Positions 49,619-59,297 of a stretch of DNA of 64,000 nt are shown piece by piece. A model generated the notes under the pieces. It saw only the letters and a program-made list of their open reading frames with translations, did no database searches and had not been told where the DNA came from. Position 1 is the first letter of the stretch. The number at the start of each line of letters is the position of its first letter. The stretch comes from Planctomycetota bacterium (GTDB taxonomy: Bacteria; Planctomycetota; PLA2; JAEUHO01): NCBI GenBank assembly GCA_965222115.1, contig CBDCTJ010000003.1:160001-224000 (forward strand). The letters are read 5' to 3'. Position numbers and translations under genes: made by a program.

Positions 49619-52183
49619 CTACTTGCGACCCTCTTTGGCGCGAATCAACTGACGAAGTCTTGCGCGACTGCGCATAAGCCTTTCGGAGCCAGGATCGCCC
49701 GGTGGGAGCGCATCCAACTGAGACTCAACGGTCGATAGCGACCGACGGACATGCGCAAGGTCGACTTGCTTGAGGATCTCTTCATTAGCAGGTGCGCCTT
49801 CCCACAAGCGGCCGGCGGCAGCACTGCCGCTGGCTACGGCATCCATGGTGCGACCGGCGACCCACTTGGTAAACGACGAGAGGGTGTACCCCTCCATGCC
49901 TTTCTGGCCAAATCCAACACTGGCAGTCGTGAAGAGAATCTGTGATCCGGCCTCCGCTGCAAGCGTCACGGGAAACCCTGCGATTGCAAAGTCGATGGCA
50001 AGATTCACGGCACTACGACCTACTGCTTCGCTTGTCGCCATGCCATTCGCCTTGTTCTGAATGACTTCGGACGTCGATGCCGCAAGCGAAAGGAGCAGTA
50101 GACGACGGTCCCACTTGCTCATGTTCTGAAAACCTGCCTTTGCCTTGCTGGCCTTGGATCGAAACTGCGCACTCCACGTCTTTCCAAATTCCTTCACGGC
50201 GGCCGCGGTCATTGCACGATGCGTGGATGCGAGTGCAGCTGGCACGCTCTTTACGCGACCTAAAATCGACTTCAGACTAGGCAACGCAATGGAACGGCCT
50301 AGCGCAGCCAAGGTACGCAACGCCTCAATGCGTCGGCGGATGGCTTGAGCTTCGCGCGAGCCCGCGCCCATCTCATCAAGCGTTTCGATGAGCGTACCCA
50401 GATTCTTGTCTTCTAAGATGCCCGACCGAAAGACATCTTCCATCTTCTTGAAGAGGGAGGTGCGCAGCAGCCGCATGTTCTTGTAAAAGTCGTCTGCTTT
50501 CGCATCGAGCCGTTCAAACGCGTCGAGGAACCGTCGGATCGTCTCCGACGCCTCCATCAATTTGCGAACCTCCGCTGCTCGCGCACCTTTGAATGCCTCA
50601 ATCGTTTCTTTGGCGTCAGGCAAACCCTGCGCCCAATCAGCCATATCCTTCAACCACGTTGTGAAATCCGCCGCTCGCAAGGCGAGTCCGGGATCTTTCA
50701 TTTCCGTATCCCGAAGTGCATGTTTCCAGGCATCGCGGGGGTCACCATGTACGCCGCTACTCTTGGAAACGTAAATCTTGTCTCCATACTCATCGAGACG
50801 ACGCTGAGTCTCTTCCTTGGATTCGCCGGAGTGCCCCAACTTTCGAATATGCCGCACAACGATGTCCCGCGGCAATTCACCACTCGTCGTTTTCCCTCCA
50901 CATGGAGTTTCGGCCAACGCGCGCTTGAGTCGGGTGTTGATGTCACGACGCCGATTCTTGATGTCGGCCTTGAAGACGCGCTCGTGTTCTTTGAGTACGT
51001 CTTGGAGGTGCTCAACTTCGCCGCGACGCGCGAAAACCCACTGCCGTACTGCCTTCTGCCAATGACCGTACATTGCAGCCCAATGGGCCTTTGCCTTTGC
51101 ATCTTTGGCCTTGGACTGTGCGTCCTTGCACGCCTGACCCGTCAGGCTCCCCGGTCGCTCCTTAACAAATACCCGTGCGTGGTCGCCCTGCGATTGAAAG
51201 TCCGTAATCTTCTTTTCAATCGCCGCAATGGCATCCTTGATCCAGCCATTTGTGACGGAGGCGCGTCGCTCTGGATTGAATGCACGGTATGACGCTTTTC
51301 TCCATGCGGCGATGCGTTCCTCGATCGCTCGATTCGCGTCGGCGATCATTTTCAGGACGCCGTTTCGATCGGTGGTAGTCCGAATCGTTGGGACAAAGAG
51401 CCTATACGTGCCGGCACTGATGCGGGTACGAGCATCGGCCAGGGCATCTTTCCGCTTGCGGAGCATTTGATCAATACCGTCACCAGTGAGAGAAACTCTC
51501 ACGGGCTTCAGAAAATACGCGTTCTTACGAGCGTCCGCGTCCGCCAACTTTTGCTCTTCCTTCGCAATCGCTTCGAGAGCGCTCTTCCAGGAAATCGATC
51601 TCCGGATGTTCCTATTGAACACAAGCACTGTTCCCGCAGCATGTGCCGCCATACGATCTGATTTGGCCGCCTCAGTCTTGCGGATGTAGGTTCGCCAAGC
51701 ATTGATGCTATGGGACTGACGGAGTTCCTTCTTGTAGCCCGACGCATCTCCAGATGCGAGCGACCGCTCAAGTGTCTTCGCGCTCCTCTCAACTTGCTTT
51801 GCCTGATTGGCGAGGTTCTTTGAACGAAGCTCGGCCGCGCGCTTTTTGCGCTCCGCGATCTGTTTCTTGCTGCGCGACGTGATCTCCTGGATTGCTTCAT
51901 GGGCCCACTTGAGTCTATTCTGATAGTTCTCAAGCTCTCGCTTCTTCAGCGCTTCGAGCAACGCCTTTGTGCTCGCGATGCGTTTGATGTAGTCACGAAT
52001 GTCCTCCTTTCTCTTCTTGTTTTGTTGCTTATAGGCCTCGAGCGCTTCTTCCGCTCGCTTGACCGAATCTAGGTACGGCGTGAGTACCCGCGCTGCGGTT
52101 TCAGAACAGGTGGTGGGCTTGAAGTCCTTCGCCAGTGCGGGAACGCAGAGCACAAGTATCAAGCAGGACGCAATTGTTTTCAT
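49619..52183 (-). CDS. Secreted basic helical protein with six 35-39-aa repeats and a hydrophobic C-terminal region
   Basis: Signal peptide MKTIASCLILVLCVPALA in a long open frame; K/R/A-rich heptads. Confidence 0.8.
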   Translation of the reverse strand: MKTIASCLILVLCVPALAKDFKPTTCSETAARVLTPYLDSVKRAEEALEAYKQQNKKRKEDIRDYIKRIASTKALLEALKKRELENYQNRLKWAHEAIQEITSRSKKQIAERKKRAAELRSKNLANQAKQVERSAKTLERSLASGDASGYKKELRQSHSINAWRTYIRKTEAAKSDRMAAHAAGTVLVFNRNIRRSISWKSALEAIAKEEQKLADADARKNAYFLKPVRVSLTGDGIDQMLRKRKDALADARTRISAGTYRLFVPTIRTTTDRNGVLKMIADANRAIEERIAAWRKASYRAFNPERRASVTNGWIKDAIAAIEKKITDFQSQGDHARVFVKERPGSLTGQACKDAQSKAKDAKAKAHWAAMYGHWQKAVRQWVFARRGEVEHLQDVLKEHERVFKADIKNRRRDINTRLKRALAETPCGGKTTSGELPRDIVVRHIRKLGHSGESKEETQRRLDEYGDKIYVSKSSGVHGDPRDAWKHALRDTEMKDPGLALRAADFTTWLKDMADWAQGLPDAKETIEAFKGARAAEVRKLMEASETIRRFLDAFERLDAKADDFYKNMRLLRTSLFKKMEDVFRSGILEDKNLGTLIETLDEMGAGSREAQAIRRRIEALRTLAALGRSIALPSLKSILGRVKSVPAALASTHRAMTAAAVKEFGKTWSAQFRSKASKAKAGFQNMSKWDRRLLLLSLAASTSEVIQNKANGMATSEAVGRSAVNLAIDFAIAGFPVTLAAEAGSQILFTTASVGFGQKGMEGYTLSSFTKWVAGRTMDAVASGSAAAGRLWEGAPANEEILKQVDLAHVRRSLSTVESQLDALPPGDPGSERLMRSRARLRQLIRAKEGRK

Positions 52184-52232
52184 GGAACGACCCTTCACAG
52201 CCTGGACGTAACGATTGGATATGTAAACTTGA

Positions 52233-52460
52233 CTACGCACTCATGATCAACGTGTGACCGCCTGCGAATCGCGACGCGGGAACGAGCAAACGCTGCATGG
52301 AATCGGGAAGCGGTGCGCGATCGAGAACACTGAGTGCTTCATCGCCAACAATCTTGATCTGTGCTGCTGGAGCATCGCTGGACGTGCTGGCTGGGGAAGC
52401 GACGGAGGTAGTAGCAAAGTTCGAAAGGGCGATCAGGGTGCAGATGACGATGCGCTTCAT
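52233..52460 (-). CDS. Small putative secreted protein (75 aa)
   Basis: GGGAG RBS and signal-like MKRIVICTLIAL; co-oriented with the downstream gene. Confidence 0.45.
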   Translation of the reverse strand: MKRIVICTLIALSNFATTSVASPASTSSDAPAAQIKIVGDEALSVLDRAPLPDSMQRLLVPASRFAGGHTLIMSA

Positions 52461-52630
52461 GGTGTGACTCCCGCGGACTGCGATAGGCGTCCGATTCACG
52501 GGCATGTACGGATCGCTGGCCCTGCATCGCAGCGAATCACGATTTTTCGGTGATTTGGCTCGTGCCATGCGCCGTCAACGCTGAACCCTCCTAGATCAAG
52601 CACGTTGAAACCCCCATTGGAGGCGGTTTC

Positions 52631-54088
52631 ATGTCCAAGCACGTGCTGAGAATCGCGGTCGCGGGTCTGGTGCTCGCGACTGGATTTGTTCCCGAACGCG
52701 CCCATTCCTCGCCCGAAGAAACCTACGGCACGGCCCATCCCACCCTCGCTCACGAGGTGGACCCCGCCGGGCAATGGATGGTCCTTTGTCAAGTGCGAAA
52801 GGACACCGATGGCGACGGGAAAGTCGAAGCCTTCTTTGATCGTCTTCATGGCAATGTATTGGGTGATGACGTCGAACCCTATCTCGTGCTCGCTCCAGGC
52901 GTGGGCATGCGCATCGAGGACTTTGTTTCGTCCGATCGATCCGGTCGCTGGGTTGCCATCATTCGAGGTGACCGGCTGATACTCATCAATACCCGCACCA
53001 AGAAGGAATGGGACCTCAGTAAGACCGGTGCCTTGACGGACGATGTCGATCCCGTGTTCGGTCCGCACTCGGCCGCGAGTTTCGACGCAGGCGGTAAGCG
53101 CTGCTTGTATCTCCGAAAGAACAAGAAGCGTGTCACCGTCGTGGTCCGAGATCTGGTCACCCACAAAGATGTATTGATTGACCCGGGGCCCGATCTGTTT
53201 CACCGCGCCCATATCGATCCATCCGGCTTGTGGGCACTTGTGTTTGTTGTGGACAAAGACACCGACAAGAACGGAACACTTGAACGTCCAACGTATCCAT
53301 CGTCACTCGTCGAACGCCGTTGCCGAGGATCGGTCGGTGCATATAGCACGTTCGGCCAGCGCGGTGATGACGCCACACTGCGCATCGCACCCACGACCGG
53401 CGGAACGGCTGTGTCGATTCCCGGCTTGATTGCGCCCATTCATGAGGACTTGCTGATTCGCCAATCAAGTGGCGCGTTGGCACTTCGAAAGCGGAACGGT
53501 GATGAGTTTCCCATCGTTGCCGCCCCCGATGCGGCGGTTCTCTACGCCCGTTCCGCCACTACAGCATCATTCGTCCTCGCGTATGGGACGAGCAAAGAGG
53601 ATCGCCCGCTATGGCTTCATCGAGGGAACCGCCGCATTCAACTACCGACAAAAGGGCTCATTAGGCGAGACGACAAACGCAAGATCATCTATGGACAATA
53701 CTGGCCCCATTGGTCTAGGGCGACTACGCCGGGTGTGGCCGATCTCGTGGCGTTTCGCCTGATTCCAACGACTCGCCACGTAGGCGCGATTCACGGAAAC
53801 CGTGCGCTAATTCGAGGCACGAGCGATGGTGATCAACTGCACATCCTGGATCTCGAAACCAAAGAAACGTGGCAGCTACCGGGCACGATGAAGTGCTCGT
53901 GGCGTATGCTCCAAACGGGACCCGCCCTCTTCGAAACAGGACGCATGATTCATCTTCAAGATCCAGATCGCAGTGGCACCTACGAAGGCGACCCGCTAGC
54001 CGTAGACAGCTACGGTCGATTGCTGATTGGCGGCGAGGAGAAACATGGCTTGGTGCTGGGGCCGCTGCGGTGGGTGGAGGTGCGCTGA
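52631..54088 (+). CDS. Secreted beta-propeller-like protein with two DxDxDG-type Ca-binding motifs
   Basis: GGAGG RBS, signal peptide, DPAGQW, DRSGRW and DPSGLW blade turns, DTDGDGKVE and DTDKNGTLE. Confidence 0.75.
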   Translation: MSKHVLRIAVAGLVLATGFVPERAHSSPEETYGTAHPTLAHEVDPAGQWMVLCQVRKDTDGDGKVEAFFDRLHGNVLGDDVEPYLVLAPGVGMRIEDFVSSDRSGRWVAIIRGDRLILINTRTKKEWDLSKTGALTDDVDPVFGPHSAASFDAGGKRCLYLRKNKKRVTVVVRDLVTHKDVLIDPGPDLFHRAHIDPSGLWALVFVVDKDTDKNGTLERPTYPSSLVERRCRGSVGAYSTFGQRGDDATLRIAPTTGGTAVSIPGLIAPIHEDLLIRQSSGALALRKRNGDEFPIVAAPDAAVLYARSATTASFVLAYGTSKEDRPLWLHRGNRRIQLPTKGLIRRDDKRKIIYGQYWPHWSRATTPGVADLVAFRLIPTTRHVGAIHGNRALIRGTSDGDQLHILDLETKETWQLPGTMKCSWRMLQTGPALFETGRMIHLQDPDRSGTYEGDPLAVDSYGRLLIGGEEKHGLVLGPLRWVEVR

Positions 54089-54184
54089 TTCGGTCCTTCG
54101 ATGCACGGCACGCGAATCAACGAATCGTGTTCTTCCGTGCCTACCCGTTCGCGCGATCTGGGGAATCGTAGATGCTGGTTGCAT

Positions 54185-54460
54185 CCAGGGTTTCTCCTCG
54201 CTGCGCTCGTCGTACACCCTTCGTTATCACAGGGTTCGCTTCGCTCACCCTTAGCTATCAGCTTTGGCTCCTTCGGAGCCTCATTCTCCTGAACCACTCC
54301 CATATACCACCGCAACAGAACAACGGGCTGAGCTTGGTGGTCTTGGTGAGAGCCTCTTCTTCAAAGAGCTTCCCGCCACCGAATGCGCTCGCACCCACCA
54401 AACGCTCTCCCCCACGCCTGCGCTTCGTTTCTTGGTTCCCTTCGTGTCCTTCGTGAGAAC
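54185..54460. repeat. Cluster of REP-like palindromes and short periodic repeats between convergent genes
   Basis: Two AGGGT..TCGCT(G/T)CGCTC..ACCCT palindromes, plus CTTGGTGGTCTTGGTGAGA and CTTCGTGTCCTTCGTGAGA. Confidence 0.55.
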
Positions 54461-54495
54461 CGTTTCCTCAAGCAGCGGTCGACAAGATACAGCGC

Positions 54496-55437
54496 TCAAC
54501 GACCCAAGTGATCCCACCCACCTCCACGCAACGGATGAATTGCACCATTCGCGGCTTTGATGCACACACCACGCGCTTCTTCCACGACACGCCCAACTTC
54601 GATCAATGGTGTACCGAGTTCTTCGAGTGCTTTCGTAGCCGCGGTACTCAAGGATCCATGCGTAACAAGTAGTTCGAAGTCCTCCCCATCGTCAAGCGCG
54701 TGCTGCAGCGACGTCATGTCACCCTCGGCATACATCGATACGTCTTCGTGAACCGGAATCTTCGACGCCTCAAGTAACGCACCTACGTGTGACGACGAGC
54801 AAATGCGCGGCAGATCACGAGACAGTCCATCACTTATGTCCATGACCGCATGTACGGCGTCGTCATCCACAAGAACGCGCGCGATGTCCATCCGCGGCGT
54901 TGGCCTCAAGTGGCGACCAAAGATTGAGCCGCCAAGCGGTCCGGTCACACTGATCGTGTCCCCCACCACTGCACTGGATCGAAGCAAGGGACGCTTCCCC
55001 ATTAGTTTTCCAAGGATCGAGACCGAGAGCACCAGCGGTCCATCGGCCACGTTCGTATCGCCACCCAGCAGCGGACAATCAAAGTGCTGGGACGCTTCTT
55101 GCAACCCGCGGTTGAGATCGTCGAGGAGCGCTTGATCCGCGTCGGCAGGTGCTACGAGTCCCACGACCATGCCCAGGGGTGAGCCGCCACACGCGGCGAG
55201 ATCCGAAACGTTTACCGCGACGGATTTGAATGCTGCTTGCGACGGCGTGCACTCGGCCAGTAGGAAGTGAACGCCATCAACAAGTGTGTCGTTAGCGAAG
55301 AGCATGGGGCCGTCGTGCGTGAGCAGTGCCACGTCATCACCGATACCTAGCCAACCGGTTGGCAAATTAGTGTGTGTTTTGGCGAGGCGAGCCGTCCATG
55401 CGTCTTCGCCCGACGGGTGCGTCGATTCGCGTGACAC
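54496..55437 (-). CDS. thiL: Thiamine-monophosphate kinase
   Basis: GIGDDVA, DTLVDGVHF, VNVSDLAACGG, LLGGDT, VTGPLGGS, MDISDGL, GEDFELL, GWDH. Confidence 0.95.
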   Translation of the reverse strand: MSRESTHPSGEDAWTARLAKTHTNLPTGWLGIGDDVALLTHDGPMLFANDTLVDGVHFLLAECTPSQAAFKSVAVNVSDLAACGGSPLGMVVGLVAPADADQALLDDLNRGLQEASQHFDCPLLGGDTNVADGPLVLSVSILGKLMGKRPLLRSSAVVGDTISVTGPLGGSIFGRHLRPTPRMDIARVLVDDDAVHAVMDISDGLSRDLPRICSSSHVGALLEASKIPVHEDVSMYAEGDMTSLQHALDDGEDFELLVTHGSLSTAATKALEELGTPLIEVGRVVEEARGVCIKAANGAIHPLRGGGWDHLGR

Positions 55438-58400
55438 CTAGTTGCCCTTGCTGGTTGCGTCGGCATTGACTGCGTCGGCGCGCGCTTCACGAACCCAACG
55501 GCCCACACGCGAGACCATTTTGTTGGTATCGGCACGTTTGCTGCCGGGATGGAAACCAACATCTACACCCGTAACACGCTGAAAGAGTGCAAAGAGGCGA
55601 TACAGGTAGGCGCTCTTCATGCGCTTACGACCCAGTTCCTGAACAAGTGCGCGGTGTACCGCCCATGCAACCGGAACCGGTTTCATACGGGCAAGTCGCT
55701 GGGCAACCATGTCTTGCACCGGCGTGGCCGGTCCACGTTGCAAACGCAATAATGCAACCATGGCCGCGCGTGAGCGCGGCGCAAGCGTAAGCAGTCCGAG
55801 TGCGGCTGCTTTGCGTACCTCGGGCGATGGATCGCGATCCAATCGAGAAACGAGTGTGGGCACCGCCTTGGTGTCAACGGCATCGACGGCTGCTCCGCAT
55901 GCGGCTTGGCGAACAACCCATGCCTTGTCCTTGATGGCGCGCGCCACCAAGTCGCCGTGGCCCAATGAGCCTGCGGAGAGCGCCCCATCGCGACGCATCA
56001 GTGCGGCCGGATCCAGCAATACACGATCGAGCAGCGCGCGTGTAACCACAGGTGGCGTTGCGCGGGCAGCCGCAGAAAATGCACGATGGCGCACCAGATA
56101 GGCAGGATCGCGAATCTGTCTCAGGAACGATCGATTCTCTTCCAGCCACCCTCCAGGCATCCCCAAGCTCACTTCGCGCCAATGCTCGGCGGGAGGCCTG
56201 CCGGTCAATGTGAGTAGATCATCGTCGAGCGCAGCGTCGCGAAGTGCCGTCATGGGCACCACGCCCGCGGCGATATCAAGATCGCGCGTCACCATTTGTG
56301 GTTGGCTCTTCCAAACAATGGCGAGCACATCCAAACCACGATGCGGTCCCGCTGCGCGCAACAGAATTGCGACAATGGCGTCGCGTTCATCAGGATCACC
56401 ATCGGGATACCGCAAGAGCAGATCTTTGAGTTCTTGTGCCGCCGCGCATCCGCAATCCACGACATCCCGTGACTGCACCTCGCGCGGGCGATCCAGCCAA
56501 CGATCGATACGTTCCCTCGCCTGGGCGCGCGCCGCGGGCGACGGTTCCTCTTGCGCATCGGTAATCGCGATGCCGAGTTCATGAAGTTCCGGTGCTAACG
56601 CGCGCTTACCAACCATCATCACAAACGACTCGGCGGCGCCCGCGCGGTGGTCGGCCAACAACATACGCGCGTACTGCGCACAACCCTTGAGATCCAAGAA
56701 CGCGGGGCCCTCACGTTCCACGCGTTCTCGTGTAGCGTCGAGCCACTGCAGCGGATCTTCCTCCAGTCCCAACATGGGATCGGCGTCGAGTAGCTTGCGT
56801 CGTGCCTCGCTCTTTGGGAAATCTCGATCCAAATTGGACATCAATGTACGCGCCGCACGCTTGTCCCCATCGGTGGCTGACTCGGCGCGAATCAAAAGGG
56901 ACAAGGCGTGCGCCGGATCCCGAAGGCGCATCGCCGCATCCTCTGGAAGCCCGCGTAAGAGCTCACGCGCGGCCCGGCTATCACCTTCCATAAGCGCCGC
57001 TTCCGCGAGTAGCACATGAACTTCATCTCGAATTTCACGGGGTATCTGCGTGGGTAATTCCGATTCCATGGCGGCGCGGCCACCGTCAGCGAGTCCCTTC
57101 TGCGCTCGCTCAAGTGTCTTCCACGAACTGTCATCCATGGTCCGAATACGTAGATGCAACAACGTCATGGCGGGCTCAACCCATGCACCATCAGGCTGTT
57201 TCGTAAACCGTCCCATCAAGCGGTGTGGATCATCACCATCGGCCGCGAAGGCAAGCACCTGACGAACAATGCGAGGGTTGCCTTCTTCCGTAAGCAACAA
57301 CATGGCGGCAAGCGCTGTGGCCTCGGCCGTGTCGTCATCGGCCGGATCGACACGAAGTACATTGCGCTCGCCGAGCGCAAACCGACGATGCAAGGCATCG
57401 AGGCGGGACGACAGATCACCCGCCGCGGCAAGTCCGGCAAAACGGGCGAGCCATACGGGCGTGGCGCGTTGATTGCCCACCAAGGTCTCCAACACGCTCG
57501 CGCCCAAACTGTGGAGCAGCGTTCGATCCGGATCGGCTGTCTTGGCAACAAGCGGCTCGGCATTGACAAGCAGCCGCAGATGGTTGTGCCCCTCAACCAC
57601 TTCGCCGCGCAACTCGTACACCTTTCGTTCATCGCCGAGCGGCGTGAGCACCACACGCGGTGGCTGCCCTTCCGGGAGTCGCAACCCGGTGGTTGTGTGC
57701 AGGCGAGCCACAGCACGGTCAACGCGACGTGACCAGGTGCGAGCGAGTTCCTTGAATCGCGGATCGTTTCGATATTTGCCGCTCACAGCCCACGCCTGCG
57801 TACCGTCTACGCGACCTAACCCTGGGGCTTCCGATGTTTGAGGAATGCCCGATTCGCGCCGGCGCCTTGTTCGCTCGGCCTTTGTTTTCTCTTCGCGCTT
57901 GCGCCGTTCTCGTGAGCGATCGACATACGGCGTGCGAAACGCGCCGGCACCGCGGTAGCGAATGTTCCCCGTGTCCTCGTCATCCTCCTTTGATTTCTCG
58001 CCGCGGTCGGGCAAGACATCATCCAAGGGATCGTCCATGTCGTAGGGATCGTCTCGCGGCGCCTCCCGCATACGCGCATCCTGGGCGTCATCGAACGGTT
58101 CATCGGCAAAAGCAGGGCGCAGCACGTCCAGTTCGTCGTCGGGTACATCGGTCGCAAAGAACTCGTCACGCTCTACTGGCCCAACATCAAATCCGTCCCT
58201 CGACTCGCGACGGCGACGACGAGGCGCGACGTCACCGTCATCTTCAACATCAACGTCACCTGCACTCGAATCATCAACATCGTCATTAGGTTCGAACCCG
58301 TTTGGGTCTTCCTCGCGCCGATCCATGTCGTCTCGTTCGCCGCCATCGGGATCACCGAATGTGCCCCCACGCGTCGAGCGATCCCGTTCACCCCCATCCG

Positions 58401-58578
58401 GATCGCCACGTACCCGGCCTCCGTCCGATGGTTCACTTCGTTCCGTAGAGGACTGGCACGCGTTCAAACCGAGCGAGGCGACGAGCGCCACACCAAACAA
58501 CGACACTCGGATTACGCGACGGCAAAGAACCGCGTAGAGGAATGGCGAGCTGGGGTGGAGAGGCCGAACGGGAGCCAT
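55438..58578 (-). CDS. Large lipoprotein: acidic disordered N-terminus, zincin-like segment lacking HExxH, C-terminal HEAT repeats
   Basis: Lipobox-like LNAC, GDPDGGERD twice, D/E/R-rich tract, DPSPEVRKAAALGL HEAT motifs. Confidence 0.78.
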   Translation of the reverse strand: MAPVRPLHPSSPFLYAVLCRRVIRVSLFGVALVASLGLNACQSSTERSEPSDGGRVRGDPDGGERDRSTRGGTFGDPDGGERDDMDRREEDPNGFEPNDDVDDSSAGDVDVEDDGDVAPRRRRRESRDGFDVGPVERDEFFATDVPDDELDVLRPAFADEPFDDAQDARMREAPRDDPYDMDDPLDDVLPDRGEKSKEDDEDTGNIRYRGAGAFRTPYVDRSRERRKREEKTKAERTRRRRESGIPQTSEAPGLGRVDGTQAWAVSGKYRNDPRFKELARTWSRRVDRAVARLHTTTGLRLPEGQPPRVVLTPLGDERKVYELRGEVVEGHNHLRLLVNAEPLVAKTADPDRTLLHSLGASVLETLVGNQRATPVWLARFAGLAAAGDLSSRLDALHRRFALGERNVLRVDPADDDTAEATALAAMLLLTEEGNPRIVRQVLAFAADGDDPHRLMGRFTKQPDGAWVEPAMTLLHLRIRTMDDSSWKTLERAQKGLADGGRAAMESELPTQIPREIRDEVHVLLAEAALMEGDSRAARELLRGLPEDAAMRLRDPAHALSLLIRAESATDGDKRAARTLMSNLDRDFPKSEARRKLLDADPMLGLEEDPLQWLDATRERVEREGPAFLDLKGCAQYARMLLADHRAGAAESFVMMVGKRALAPELHELGIAITDAQEEPSPAARAQARERIDRWLDRPREVQSRDVVDCGCAAAQELKDLLLRYPDGDPDERDAIVAILLRAAGPHRGLDVLAIVWKSQPQMVTRDLDIAAGVVPMTALRDAALDDDLLTLTGRPPAEHWREVSLGMPGGWLEENRSFLRQIRDPAYLVRHRAFSAAARATPPVVTRALLDRVLLDPAALMRRDGALSAGSLGHGDLVARAIKDKAWVVRQAACGAAVDAVDTKAVPTLVSRLDRDPSPEVRKAAALGLLTLAPRSRAAMVALLRLQRGPATPVQDMVAQRLARMKPVPVAWAVHRALVQELGRKRMKSAYLYRLFALFQRVTGVDVGFHPGSKRADTNKMVSRVGRWVREARADAVNADATSKGN

Positions 58579-58661
58579 GAAGCACTCAGCAAGTCGTTAA
58601 GGTTGGGGGTTGACGAGGGGATAGTGCGCAGGGCACGCGCGGGCACCTTCCCACGTACCCT

Positions 58662-59270
58662 TCATGCGTCGGTCATTTCTCGGAGACAGCGCGCGATGTT
58701 TGCAGGTTTTTCGGTATCGCGTAGCGCCCGGCGGACGGCAAGGCCCACTGCATGATGGGATAGCGGACGTGCATTCGTGGGCTCGATGCCTCCAAGCGCC
58801 ACAACCGGCAGCGACGTGCTCTCACGAGCCGCAATGAAGCCTTCGGCGCCCAAGGAACGACCCTTCTTCGGCACCTCAAACACCGGCGACAGTGTGGCGT
58901 AGTCTGCACCCGCGGCTTCTGCATGGGCCAATTCGTCAGTCGTATGACAACTCGCCCCCAGCCAACCGTTCCAAGACGATCGCACGATATGGATCGGCAA
59001 CGAGCGACGACCGACGTGTACACCATCGGCGCCGGACGCACGGGCAACACTGACATGATCGGAAACTACGAGCGCGACGCCCCGTCGATGGCACCACGGC
59101 ACCAGTTCTACTGCCGAGTCAAATAGTTCGCGGGGCGTGGCACGTGGATCGCGCAGCCAGAGTGCCGTTACGCCCCCGGACACACACATTGCGAGACGAG
59201 CACTGGGTACAGCGGTGTCAAGACTGACGAGATACATCAATCGAATGGCGCTGGGGAGGTCTAGCGACAT
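58662..59270 (-). CDS. Thiamine phosphate synthase family protein (ThiE/TenI-like, divergent)
   Basis: GADGVHVG, GASCH, GADYATLSPVF, PVVALGGI; thiL lies two genes downstream. Confidence 0.85.
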   Translation of the reverse strand: MSLDLPSAIRLMYLVSLDTAVPSARLAMCVSGGVTALWLRDPRATPRELFDSAVELVPWCHRRGVALVVSDHVSVARASGADGVHVGRRSLPIHIVRSSWNGWLGASCHTTDELAHAEAAGADYATLSPVFEVPKKGRSLGAEGFIAARESTSLPVVALGGIEPTNARPLSHHAVGLAVRRALRDTEKPANIARCLREMTDA

Positions 59271-59297
59271 GTGACTCTCGAAACGAAACGTCAAACG

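Noticed and set aside
55435-55440. In-frame TAG directly followed by the thiL GTG as possible readthrough
   Set aside because: ThiL is complete from its own start and the upstream protein is an exported lipoprotein. Tight gene packing explains it.
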